This document shows positions 7,714 to 16,044 of a stretch of 29,832 nt of DNA, one piece after another (within the stretch, counting starts at the first letter, position 1; each line of letters opens with the position of its first letter). Location of the stretch: positions 1 to 29,832 of the IMG/VR virus record IMGVR_UViG_3300032373_001157. One strand, given 5' to 3'. A model generated the notes under the pieces. That model worked only from the letters and a program-made list of their open reading frames with translations, did no database searches and was not told where the DNA came from. The position numbers and the translations under genes were made by a program. The DNA comes from a virus (Duplodnaviria > Caudoviricetes).

Positions 7714-9122
7714 GAGGCATGTTCCACGCCCAGATTGCGCAACGCGCCTTCAACACGCCCTTGCTGGTCGAACCTTCAAAGGCAATGGCTTTTCTGTCGG
7801 GTCTCGGGCCGCGTATTACCGGCCAGCAAGTTGAATTTGCCGGTCTTGAGATTGCACCCGACGCGGTGATGCAGGCCGCCCTGCCCGCCCGCGCGGGTAT
7901 TCTGACCGGCGGTCTGGCTGAGCGCACTCAACGCGATGGACGCGCGATCTACGCCACAAAGGGCGGCATTGCCGTGATTGAAATCTCCGGTGTGCTGGTC
8001 CATCGCGGCGCCTGGATCGGACGCTCTTCGGGGCAAACCTCCTATGAGGGGATTGCGGCGCAGATTGCGGCCGCGGCGTCTGATCCTGCGGTGCGTGGCA
8101 TTGCCCTTGAGATCGACAGCTTTGGCGGCGAAGTGGCGGGCGTGTTTGATCTGGCGGATGCAATCCGCGCCGCACGCGCCCATAAACCGGTGCAGGCCTT
8201 TGTGGCCGAGCATGCGCTCTCCGCAGGCTATGCGCTCGCCTCGCAAGCCGACCGGATCATTGTGCCGCGCACCGGGGCGGTTGGCAGTATCGGGGTCGTG
8301 GTCATGCATGCGGATATGAGCGGGCGCCTCGTGGATGGCGGTGTCACCGTTACCCTGATCCATTCCGGTGCGCACAAGGTTGACGGCAATCCCTACGCCC
8401 CGCTGCCTGAGGCGGTGCACGCCGATATCCAGTCCGAGATTGATGCAATGCGCCAGCTCTTTGCTGAAACCGTTGCCGCCGGGCGTGGGTCCCGGCTCAG
8501 CGTCAAGGCGGCGCTCGCCTCTGAGGCCGAGATTTACCGCGTTGCCGCTGCGGTTACTGCTGGTCTGGCAGACGAGGTGTCCGATCTTGCCAGCGCATTT
8601 GCCGCGTTCACCGCCGCGGTCAACCGGCCAATCCCCGGCCAAAGCGCGATCTCGGGACGCGTCGACCAATCCCGACCCCAAAAGGAGACTGCCATGAAAG
8701 CCAACAGCACCCCGCCTGAGACAGAAGAAACCGAGACGGACTGCGATCCCGCGCTGATCCCCGATACCGGGACAGATCCGATGCCCGAAACTACGGAACA
8801 GGAACCCGACGCTGTTCAGACAGCCCCAGCTGCCCAAACGGACTCCCGAACCCAGTTTGAGACCCGCATCCGCGCCGAGGCCGCTGAAATCACCCAGATT
8901 GCCGCCCAGGCAGCACGCCTCGGGGTCAGCCTTGATGCCGCCGAGGCTTTACGCGCGGGCAAAAAACCGGACGCCCTGCGCCGGGCCATTCTGGAACAGG
9001 CCGCAGCCCAGGCCGATGCGCGCGATGTGGTGGCCAGTTCACTGGCATCCCAAACGAGCCCTGCTGCGGAAAGCCCGATCGTGGCTGCGGCCAAACGCGC
9101 CGTACAAACCGCGCAGCACTGA
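7710..9122 (+). CDS. S49 family prohead protease with C-terminal scaffold region (lambda gpC-like)
   Basis: IDSFGG, ALSAGY.LAS, GSIGV and HKVDGNPY S49 motifs, followed by an acidic Pro/Thr-rich linker and a helical C-terminus. Confidence 0.92.
   Translation: MRGMFHAQIAQRAFNTPLLVEPSKAMAFLSGLGPRITGQQVEFAGLEIAPDAVMQAALPARAGILTGGLAERTQRDGRAIYATKGGIAVIEISGVLVHRGAWIGRSSGQTSYEGIAAQIAAAASDPAVRGIALEIDSFGGEVAGVFDLADAIRAARAHKPVQAFVAEHALSAGYALASQADRIIVPRTGAVGSIGVVVMHADMSGRLVDGGVTVTLIHSGAHKVDGNPYAPLPEAVHADIQSEIDAMRQLFAETVAAGRGSRLSVKAALASEAEIYRVAAAVTAGLADEVSDLASAFAAFTAAVNRPIPGQSAISGRVDQSRPQKETAMKANSTPPETEETETDCDPALIPDTGTDPMPETTEQEPDAVQTAPAAQTDSRTQFETRIRAEAAEITQIAAQAARLGVSLDAAEALRAGKKPDALRRAILEQAAAQADARDVVASSLASQTSPAAESPIVAAAKRAVQTAQH
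8694..9122 (+). CDS. Nested in-frame scaffolding protein (lambda Nu3-like, 142 aa)
   Basis: AAAGGAG (8681-8687) 6 nt upstream of an in-frame ATG at 8694, at the end of the protease domain. Confidence 0.65.
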   Translation: MKANSTPPETEETETDCDPALIPDTGTDPMPETTEQEPDAVQTAPAAQTDSRTQFETRIRAEAAEITQIAAQAARLGVSLDAAEALRAGKKPDALRRAILEQAAAQADARDVVASSLASQTSPAAESPIVAAAKRAVQTAQH

Positions 9123-9178
9123 TCCGGGCTCCGTCCTCGGGCGGCCCTCTCCCCTTCCCCCTTTGAAAGGACAACTTC

Positions 9179-9559
9179 ATGACCACGCTCACCCAGCCGC
9201 CGGTGCAGGGCGATCTGCTCAAGTTCGAGATCAACGGCAATTACACCCGCGAGACCGTTACCTTGCTGGGCGGGTCGAGCTATCCGCTCGGTGCCGTGCT
9301 CGGGCGCGTCACCGTGAATGGCAAATACACGTTCTCAACCGATGCAGGCACTGACGGCGCTGAAACCGCCGCTTCTGTGTTGCTTTATGCGGTTGACGCG
9401 ACCCTGGCGGATGCCATTGGCATTGTGCTGGCGCGGGGTCCCGCAATCGTCTCTCGCGCGGGCCTCGCTTATGACGCCACGGTCGATGACAGCCCCAAGA
9501 TCGCCGCCAAGCTCAGCCAACTGGCTGCGATCGGGATCCTCGCGCGCGACAGCGCCTGA
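9179..9559 (+). CDS. Head decoration protein (gpD-like)
   Basis: YTRETVTL...LGAVLG..T..GKY...DGAE.A..VL pattern; between protease and capsid; GAAAGGA RBS. Confidence 0.85.
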   Translation: MTTLTQPPVQGDLLKFEINGNYTRETVTLLGGSSYPLGAVLGRVTVNGKYTFSTDAGTDGAETAASVLLYAVDATLADAIGIVLARGPAIVSRAGLAYDATVDDSPKIAAKLSQLAAIGILARDSA

Positions 9560-9607
9560 ACCTGACCGCGCTGCAACCCTCAAAAACCCCATGACCAGGA
9601 GGTCCGC

Positions 9608-10630
9608 ATGACCCTCATTCGCAACCCGTTTGATACCGGCGGCTATTCGCTTGCTGAAATGACGCAAGCCATCAATATCCTGCCCAATCTCTATACCCGT
9701 CTCGGCCAGATCGGCCTGTTTCGCTTTGAAGGCGTCACACAGCGCAGCATCGTCATTGAGCAGTTTGAGGGCATTCTCAGCCTGCTGCCGTCAGTGCCGC
9801 TTGGCGCACCGGCAACCGTTGGCACCCGCGAGGGCCGCTCGATGCGCTCCTTCGCCCTGCCCTGGATTCCGCATGATGATGTGATCCTGCCTGCCGATAT
9901 TCAGGGCATGCCCGCCATCGGGGTCTCTGATGCGGCCGATCCGCTGGTGTCGGTGATGAACCGCAAGCTGACCCTGATGCGGCGCAAGCATGCCCAGACC
10001 CGGGAATATATGGAGATGAACGCCCTGCGCGGCATTGTGAAGGATGGCGCTGGCACCACGCTTTACAACTACTTCACCGAGTTTGGTCTTCAGCAGATCT
10101 CGGTCGACTTTGTCTTTGGCACGGCCGGCACCAATGTGCAGAGCAAGGTGCGCACCGTGTTGCGCGGCATTGAGGACAACCTGCTCGGGGAAACCATGAC
10201 CAGTGCGCGCGCTTTGGTCAGTTCCGAGTTCTTTGACAAACTGATTGCCCATCCCAAAACCGAGGATGCTTACAAGTTCTACTCGGCCACTGGCGGTCAG
10301 CCGCTGCGCGACGACATGCGGCGCAACTTTCCCTTCGCCGGTATCCTGTTTGAGGAATATAATGGCAGCGTCACCCTTTCAAACGGCAGCTCCGAGCGGC
10401 TGATCCCGGCAGGAGAAGGCATCGCCTTCCCATTGGGCACGTTTGATACCTTCACCACCTATGGCGGGCCCGCCAATCTGCTGGAGGCCGCCAACACGGT
10501 GGGCCTGCCGCTTTATGCCCGCCAGCATCTTGATGAAAAGGGCCGCTGGATTGATCTGATGACTGAGGCTTCAGTCCTGCCGGTCAACAAGCGGCCACGC
10601 CTTGCCATTCGGCTGCACAGCTCAAACTGA
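9608..10630 (+). CDS. Major capsid protein (lambda gpE family)
   Basis: 340 aa with AINILPN, TREYMEMNALRG and C-terminal LPVNKRP; AGGAGG RBS; synteny. Confidence 0.92.
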   Translation: MTLIRNPFDTGGYSLAEMTQAINILPNLYTRLGQIGLFRFEGVTQRSIVIEQFEGILSLLPSVPLGAPATVGTREGRSMRSFALPWIPHDDVILPADIQGMPAIGVSDAADPLVSVMNRKLTLMRRKHAQTREYMEMNALRGIVKDGAGTTLYNYFTEFGLQQISVDFVFGTAGTNVQSKVRTVLRGIEDNLLGETMTSARALVSSEFFDKLIAHPKTEDAYKFYSATGGQPLRDDMRRNFPFAGILFEEYNGSVTLSNGSSERLIPAGEGIAFPLGTFDTFTTYGGPANLLEAANTVGLPLYARQHLDEKGRWIDLMTEASVLPVNKRPRLAIRLHSSN

Positions 10631-10642
10631 CGCGGTCTCAGG

Positions 10643-10954
10643 ATGACGGCGTTTTCTGCAGCGATTGATCTGATGTTTACCGATCCGAACCTCAGCTGTG
10701 AGGCCTGGCATCGCGACAGCGAGGGGCAGTTCACCCGGATCCGGGCGATCCAGCGCCGACCAGATGAAGTGTCGAGTTTTGGTTCAGCACGGGTCCTGTC
10801 GGACACCCTGCGCATGGATGTGCGTGTCTCTGAGCTTGCCTGGCCCCGGCCCGAAGAGCAGATCATCCTTGAGGATGAAACTTTCCTCATTCAGGGCGAG
10901 CCGGTGCGCGATCGCGACCGGCTGATCTGGACCATCGAGGCTGCCCCGGCGTGA
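10643..10954 (+). CDS. Head-tail joining protein (gpFII-like)
   Basis: 103 aa immediately after the capsid gene; F.IQGEPVRDRDRLIW C-terminal pattern. Confidence 0.7.
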   Translation: MTAFSAAIDLMFTDPNLSCEAWHRDSEGQFTRIRAIQRRPDEVSSFGSARVLSDTLRMDVRVSELAWPRPEEQIILEDETFLIQGEPVRDRDRLIWTIEAAPA

Positions 10955-11583
10955 AGCTCAAACTCGACATTGATCCGGATATCGTCGCGATGATGGCGGC
11001 TGAAATCAAAGCCGGGGAGCGCGCAGTCACCTCAGCGATGCGCGAGGCGGGAGCCGGTCTCAAGACCGCCTGGCGCGGACAGATAGCCGGGGCGGGCTTG
11101 GGGCGACGTCTTGGCAACACGATCCGCAGCCAGACCTATCCCAAATCCGGTGACAGTCTCAACGCAGCGGCATTGGTCTGGTCGCAGGCCCCGGTGATCA
11201 TCGGCGCCCATGATACCGGCCCGCTCATTCGCTCAAAGACCGGCTTTTATCTCGCCATTCCGACCGAGGCCGCTGGCAAAGGCAGAGGTGGCGCGCGATT
11301 AACCCCGGGGGAATGGGAGCAGCGGCGCGGTCTGCGCCTGCGCTTTGTTTATCGCCGTCGCGGGCCCAGCCTGCTGGTGGCGGAAGCGCGATTGAACAGT
11401 CGCAGCCAGGCAGCCGTATCGCGATCCAAAACCGGCCGGGGTCTGGCAACGGTGCCGATCTTCCTGCTGGTGCCGCAGGTGAAACTGCGCAAACAGCTCG
11501 ATCTGGCGCGGGATGCGGAAAAGGCGGCGGCGTCTGTTCCGGGGTTGATCGTCGCGGGTTGGGTGGAGGGGCAATCTTGGTAA
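10951..11583 (+). CDS. Phage neck/tail completion protein (DUF6441-like)
   Basis: Basic protein with WRGQIAGAGLGRRL and VPIFLLVPQVKL; GTGA overlap; position among head-tail genes. Confidence 0.7.
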   Translation: MKLKLDIDPDIVAMMAAEIKAGERAVTSAMREAGAGLKTAWRGQIAGAGLGRRLGNTIRSQTYPKSGDSLNAAALVWSQAPVIIGAHDTGPLIRSKTGFYLAIPTEAAGKGRGGARLTPGEWEQRRGLRLRFVYRRRGPSLLVAEARLNSRSQAAVSRSKTGRGLATVPIFLLVPQVKLRKQLDLARDAEKAAASVPGLIVAGWVEGQSW

Positions 11584-11599
11584 TCTGTGAGTTCAGCAG

Positions 11600-12841
11600 T
11601 TATAGCCGATTGGCGTAGTCTAAGTCTTCATGTTCAAAAGCTGATGTCATTCGATCAACTTCTGCCGTAGGTGCGTGTCTTTTCTGGGCATATGTACGCC
11701 AGTTTCGGACCACAGCTGCGCAATCCCGAATGATCTGGTCACCTTCAGAAGGGCGGAGGAAGTATTCCGTCACCTCGCGCAGCAGCTGCAGGGATGCCGT
11801 AGCGTCGTCAAAGTCAATTCTTGTTTTAAGAATGCGTGGTGCATCCGGGGTTGGGTTCAGGTCGTAGCAAGGGCTCAACTTCCACCCACGGCGACCGGAC
11901 CAGAGAAATCCATGATTGCGAAGATGATCGTCGGTGTTGCTGATCAGAATGCTGAAAGCAATCCGGCGAAAAAGCTCCGCTCTGTCATGAACCGGGTCTG
12001 CCCCGTGATTGGTAATTGCGTCGACGATTTCGAGATAGCTTCCGTTGTCGTCGCCATCATCATGTTCCGTCATCGCCATTGCGCTGATAAAAGGGATGCG
12101 GTTCTCTCCAACCCGGTCAAACCGGCGTGTAACGAAGATTGGCCCGTGTTGACTCGCGGCCAATTCATGCTTGATCGTCGTGATGCCGCAATCCCGAGCC
12201 ATATCCAGTGCAATCGCTTCCCAACGTGAAATCGAGTATCGATCTGTTTCCTTTGGGAATTTCGCGATTGATAAATTGCCGTGTTGGTCGAAAACAGAAG
12301 CTTTGGGTCTTGCGCCTCCAAGAGATGAGCCCGGTGCGAAGATCAGAAGAAGGTCTTCATCGGTCTCCTCGCCACGCAGTATTCGCTGCGAGGCGAGCAG
12401 CAGTTCGCCGAGCGCGACCGTGGTCGGCACGCCGAACGTTTGAGGCGCCTGAAATTCTTCGTCGCCAGCGAACCGGAACCTGAGCGCTCCGAGGCGGGTC
12501 TCGTCGGAGACACCGAGCAGGTAATCGGATTCGTGCAGGGCCCTGAGTGGTCGACCTTCGCGTTCGGCCGATCGGCGCTCAGCTCGGCGCATAAGCTCGC
12601 GCCCCCATGTATCCGGCGCACTGTCGCCTAAAGTGCCGAACATTTCCTTGTTGCCAGGAGGCGAAATAGGACCGCGCAAGAGTGGCAAGGTTGGATCGAA
12701 CAGAAAAGCGTCACCGGCCGCCAGCCAGTCTGGGTCGTGTTCATAAGTTACGCGTTCCCGACGCGCCCCGGCGTATCGCCTGAGGAGTCCAACCCGGCGC
12801 AATTGACCGTAAGCGTCCAGAAAGACTTCGATGTCACTCAC
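11600..12841 (-). CDS. hipA: HipA-family Ser/Thr kinase toxin
   Basis: DSAPDTWGR (N-terminal domain), Gly-rich loop GSSLGGARPKAS, AKFP, RRFDR, catalytic NTDDHLRNHG and LSPCYDLNP. Start placed at GTG 12841, overlapping the HTH gene stop. Confidence 0.92.
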   Translation of the reverse strand: MSDIEVFLDAYGQLRRVGLLRRYAGARRERVTYEHDPDWLAAGDAFLFDPTLPLLRGPISPPGNKEMFGTLGDSAPDTWGRELMRRAERRSAEREGRPLRALHESDYLLGVSDETRLGALRFRFAGDEEFQAPQTFGVPTTVALGELLLASQRILRGEETDEDLLLIFAPGSSLGGARPKASVFDQHGNLSIAKFPKETDRYSISRWEAIALDMARDCGITTIKHELAASQHGPIFVTRRFDRVGENRIPFISAMAMTEHDDGDDNGSYLEIVDAITNHGADPVHDRAELFRRIAFSILISNTDDHLRNHGFLWSGRRGWKLSPCYDLNPTPDAPRILKTRIDFDDATASLQLLREVTEYFLRPSEGDQIIRDCAAVVRNWRTYAQKRHAPTAEVDRMTSAFEHEDLDYANRL

Positions 12842-13136
12842 GGCTGCGAACCCGCTTTGGGAGTTGTTCAGCGGCGAGTTGCTCGCCGAGTTTGTCTTCG
12901 ATATCGCCAAATCCCTTGAGCAGGCCAAGTGCCTGAAGCACAAGCATGTAAGACCCGATGCGCACATTCGGGTCGCCGCTCTCCATTCTGTAGAGCGTAC
13001 TGCGCGTTGTTCCAGCGCGTTCAGCGATGAGTTCCATTGGCAGATGACGAAGCACGCGCGCTGCCTTGAGACGCGCGCCGAGGTCCCTCAATTCCCGTTT
13101 CACAGCGGGTGTTGTGTTTAGCTTTGGCGCTGGCAT
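12834..13136 (-). CDS. XRE-family HTH regulator (HipB-like antitoxin)
   Basis: LGARLKAAR..R.LPMELIAERAGTTRSTLYRMESG HTH; directly upstream of and overlapping hipA. Start is ATG 13136 or GTG 13145. Confidence 0.85.
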   Translation of the reverse strand: MPAPKLNTTPAVKRELRDLGARLKAARVLRHLPMELIAERAGTTRSTLYRMESGDPNVRIGSYMLVLQALGLLKGFGDIEDKLGEQLAAEQLPKRVRSRE

Positions 13137-13137
13137 T

Positions 13138-13187
13138 TGTATCACCTGTGATCCTTAGTAACAACATATGTATCACTGGTTATACAT
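13138..13187. promoter_or_regulatory. Two related imperfect palindromes (putative antitoxin operators)
   Basis: TGTATCAC-CT-GTGATCC (13138-13154) and ATGTATCAC-TG-GTTATACAT (13168-13187) share the half-site TGTATCAC, in AT-rich DNA upstream of the HTH gene. Confidence 0.6.
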
Positions 13188-13290
13188 TAAGGCAAGTTTA
13201 CAGTGGGTGGGACAGGTCGAGCATGGCGGCGGTCAACCCCCCGGATCGAACGCAGCCATGATACCCCGGACCGGAGGCGACCCAGGACCA

Positions 13291-13722
13291 ATGCCCACTC
13301 CCCGAGAAACCATCCTGCAAGCCTTGCTTGCGGTGCTGAACGCTGTACCCGACGCAACCGTGCTGCGCGGCGCGATCCTGCCCGAGCGCATCCCGCCTGC
13401 TGGCCTGCTGATCCTGCGCGACGGCGATCCCGGCACACCGGAGGTGACGCTGTCGCCGCTGCAATACTACTATGAGCATCGGGCAGAGGTCGAGGTGATC
13501 GTACAGGGCAAAACGCCTGCTGCCCGCGATGCCGCATTCGATGTGCTGCTGGCAGAGCTGGCCAACGTCCTCACAGCCAACCGCACCCTCGGTGGCTTGT
13601 GCGACTGGGTCGAGGCCGAAGCCCCGCAGCCCGTTGATCTGCCCATCGAAGGCGCTGAAGGCCTGAAGGCCGCGATCGTGCCGGTGATCCTGACCTACAC
13701 CACGGCTGATCCTTTGTGGTGA
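13291..13722 (+). CDS. Tail terminator/completion protein candidate (gpU position)
   Basis: ATG 13291 after AGGA. MPTPRETIL...PERIP..GLLILRDGDPG...RTLGGLCDW; immediately upstream of the tail tube gene. Confidence 0.7.
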   Translation: MPTPRETILQALLAVLNAVPDATVLRGAILPERIPPAGLLILRDGDPGTPEVTLSPLQYYYEHRAEVEVIVQGKTPAARDAAFDVLLAELANVLTANRTLGGLCDWVEAEAPQPVDLPIEGAEGLKAAIVPVILTYTTADPLW

Positions 13723-13765
13723 CCAGCACCCGAATTTTTCTTTCCCCAGAACTAAGGAGAACAAG

Positions 13766-14704
13766 ATGACACGTGCTCAAGGGGCGCGGTCGCTGATGGC
13801 GGCTGCGTATGAGACAACTTATGGCACCCCGCCGGTTGGCGGCTACAAGCAGATGCCGTTCGCCAGCACCTCGCTGGGGGCCGAGCAACCGCTGCTGGGC
13901 TCGGAACTTCTGGGCTATGGCCGCGATCCACTGGCGCCAATCAAGGACGCGGTGACGGCGGATGGCGATGTGGTGGTGCCAATTGATGCCGAGGCGTTCG
14001 GGTTCTGGCTGAAGGCAGCGTTCGGCGATCCGGTCACCACCGGCACCGGCCCCTATACCCATGAGTTTACCTCCGGAAACTGGACCCTGCCGAGCCTGTC
14101 GATCGAGACCGCGATGCCGGAGGTGCCGCGGTTTGCGATGTATTCCGGCTGCGTGCTTGATCAGCTGTCCTGGCAGATGCAGCGCTCGGGGCTGTTGACC
14201 GCCACCGCCAAGCTGATCGCCCAGGGTGAGGCGGTTGCCACCACCACGGCCGCCGGAACGCCGACCGGCTGGAGCCTGCGGCGGTTCGGGCATTTCAACG
14301 GCTCGATCAAACGCGACGGTGCCAGCCTCGGCAATATCGTCTCGGCCGACATTCAATACGCCAACAATCTTGATAGGATCGAAACCATCCGCGCGGACGG
14401 GCGCATTGATGGTGCTGATCCGTCGATCGCCGCACTGACCGGCAAGATGGATATCCGCTTTGCCGATCAGGTACTGATGACCCAGGCGTTGAACGGCACG
14501 GCCTCTGAGCTTGAATTTTCCTACATCCTTGGCACGGGTGAAAGCCTGACCGTCACCGCCCATGCGGTCTATCTGCCGCGCCCGCGGATTGAGATTCAGG
14601 GCCCGCAAGGCGTGCAGGCCAGTTTTGACTGGCAAGCGGCCTTTGATCCCACAGCCGGTCAGATGTGCACCGTTACGCTTGTCAACGATATCGAGGTCCA
14701 CTGA
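13766..14704 (+). CDS. Tail tube (major tail) protein
   Basis: 312 aa with AYETTYGTPP, YTHEFTSG..TLPS.SIE and GVQASFDWQAA; AAGGAG RBS; synteny. Confidence 0.85.
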   Translation: MTRAQGARSLMAAAYETTYGTPPVGGYKQMPFASTSLGAEQPLLGSELLGYGRDPLAPIKDAVTADGDVVVPIDAEAFGFWLKAAFGDPVTTGTGPYTHEFTSGNWTLPSLSIETAMPEVPRFAMYSGCVLDQLSWQMQRSGLLTATAKLIAQGEAVATTTAAGTPTGWSLRRFGHFNGSIKRDGASLGNIVSADIQYANNLDRIETIRADGRIDGADPSIAALTGKMDIRFADQVLMTQALNGTASELEFSYILGTGESLTVTAHAVYLPRPRIEIQGPQGVQASFDWQAAFDPTAGQMCTVTLVNDIEVH

Positions 14705-15150
14705 TGCTGCGCCTGAACCTGTCCACTGATCCCTGCTGGCTTGATCTTGGCCATGGCGTGCGCCTGCTGGTTGAGCCACTCTCAACCGCCGTGATGATGG
14801 CCGCGCGCAATGATCCTGCAATTGCCGAGGCGGTCGAGACAAGAGACGGCGCCAGCAATGATGATCTCGCGCGCATCGTCGCCAAGTCCGTCGCGCGGAT
14901 CGTTGTCAAGGACTGGGAGGGCGTCGGCGATGCCGATGGCCAACCGCTGCCGGTAACGCCAGAGGGATTGGATGCCCTGCTTGAACTCTGGCCGGTCTTT
15001 GAGGCCTTCCAGACCAATTACATCGCGGGCGGTCTGATTCTGGAGCAGGAAAAAAACGTCTTGGCGCCCTCGCCGACTGGGAGTTCGGCGGGGGTGCCGG
15101 CTATTGCGCCGCCTGCACTGGCCACTGCCCCGACTGCCCAAGGCAGCTGA
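14704..15150 (+). CDS. Tail assembly chaperone (gpG-like)
   Basis: TGATG overlap with the tube gene; DWEGVGDADG.PLP motif; contains the slippery heptamer A AAA AAC at 15051-15057. Confidence 0.8.
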   Translation: MLRLNLSTDPCWLDLGHGVRLLVEPLSTAVMMAARNDPAIAEAVETRDGASNDDLARIVAKSVARIVVKDWEGVGDADGQPLPVTPEGLDALLELWPVFEAFQTNYIAGGLILEQEKNVLAPSPTGSSAGVPAIAPPALATAPTAQGS

Positions 15151-15392
15151 ACGCGCCGCAGACCCTTGAAGGTTGGCAGGTCTGGGATCTGGTCGGGCGC
15201 CTTGGTGGCCAGATGCGGATCGCCGGTTCCACCGTCATCGGCTGGGACATGGGCGCAGCCCTGCAAATCGCAACGGCTTTGGGTGTGCCGTCAATGGCCG
15301 CAGCCGAACTTCTGCCTGCGGTTGAAGCAGTAATGGTGCGTCAACTCGGGGCAAAAACCAAAGACGATACTGAAGCAAGGTTCAACCGGTGA
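14704..15392 (+). CDS. Frameshifted tail assembly chaperone (gpGT-like, ~230 aa), via -1 shift at 15051-15057
   Basis: The -1 frame is open from the slip site to TGA 15390-15392 (RLGALADWEFGGGAGYCAACTGHCPDCP...GWDMGAAL...VEAVMVR). A 14-bp stem begins 5 nt downstream of the heptamer. Confidence 0.8.
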
Positions 15393-15762
15393 TTTTTTCG
15401 ATCAGAGTAATGCCTGGCAGGTCGGCGAAATGCTGATCGCATGTGATCAGGTCCGCGCCATGGGCCCGCGCCGTTGCAAAGATGACCGCATCGGCTGTGG
15501 CCAGCCGGAACTCGCGACACGCGTCGGCGGCAGCAAGGGCGATTTCGGTATCAAGGGGTGCAATGCTGCAAATCTGCGTAAAGGCAATGACCTGATCTGC
15601 CTTGTCCTCGCTGACCTCGCGGGTGAGCCATTTGACAAGTTCCAGCTGGACCATGGTCGGCACCAGCCAATCTGCAACTTCCGGCAGATGGGATTCGACT
15701 TTCTCGCCGGTCGGTGAGGCGATCAGCCATTCAATCCAGGCCGACGTATCAACGAGCCGCAT
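15382..15762 (-). CDS. vapC: VapC PIN-domain toxin
   Basis: LVDTSAWIE, conserved Glu (QLEL), LATADAVI.ATA and LITCDQHF acidic PIN motifs; 126 aa. Confidence 0.9.
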   Translation of the reverse strand: MRLVDTSAWIEWLIASPTGEKVESHLPEVADWLVPTMVQLELVKWLTREVSEDKADQVIAFTQICSIAPLDTEIALAAADACREFRLATADAVIFATARAHGADLITCDQHFADLPGITLIEKITG

Positions 15763-15974
15763 CAGAAGCGATCCGACCGGTCCCGGTAATCTGTTGGCTT
15801 GGCACCTTTCGCCAGGCCTTTCAACTCCGCGCGCGTGGGGACAGGGGTGAGCAAAACGCCGGTTCCCTTGGGGATGAAGGCAAAGGTCAGGCCCGCCTCC
15901 CAGTGATGCGCCGTCCGCACCGCTTTGGGGATGGATATCTGAAATTTCGAGGACAGGGTGGCGGTCTCGGCCAT
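15762..15974 (-). CDS. vapB: AbrB/MazE/SpoVT-type antitoxin (VapB)
   Basis: ATLSSKFQISIPKAVR AbrB signature; 70 aa; TGATG coupling to vapC. Confidence 0.88.
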   Translation of the reverse strand: MAETATLSSKFQISIPKAVRTAHHWEAGLTFAFIPKGTGVLLTPVPTRAELKGLAKGAKPTDYRDRSDRF

Positions 15975-15976
15975 GT

Positions 15977-16012
15977 TCTTACTTTCTGATGATCGACAAA
16001 CGAAATGTAAGA
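15977..16012. promoter_or_regulatory. Inverted repeat upstream of vapB (putative operator)
   Basis: TCTTACTTTC...GAAATGTAAGA in the short AT-rich gap between vapB and the tape measure gene. Confidence 0.5.
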
Positions 16013-16044
16013 TAAGTCGCCGGACAATTCAAGGAGTGTGATCA

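Noticed and set aside
7776-8837. Long minus-strand ORFs (also 4957-5712, 13571-14842, 16498-17259, 20126-21400, 24973-25785)
   Set aside because: Antisense shadows of well-supported phage genes, expected from high-GC codon bias. No motifs, unlike the same-strand 1262 ORF.
12842-12967. N-terminal extension of hipA in the ORF track
   Set aside because: Overlaps the HTH gene; the HipA-like sequence starts at GTG 12841.
13168-13290. N-terminal extension of the 13291 gene
   Set aside because: Runs through the TA promoter and operator region; a better RBS and ATG are at 13291.
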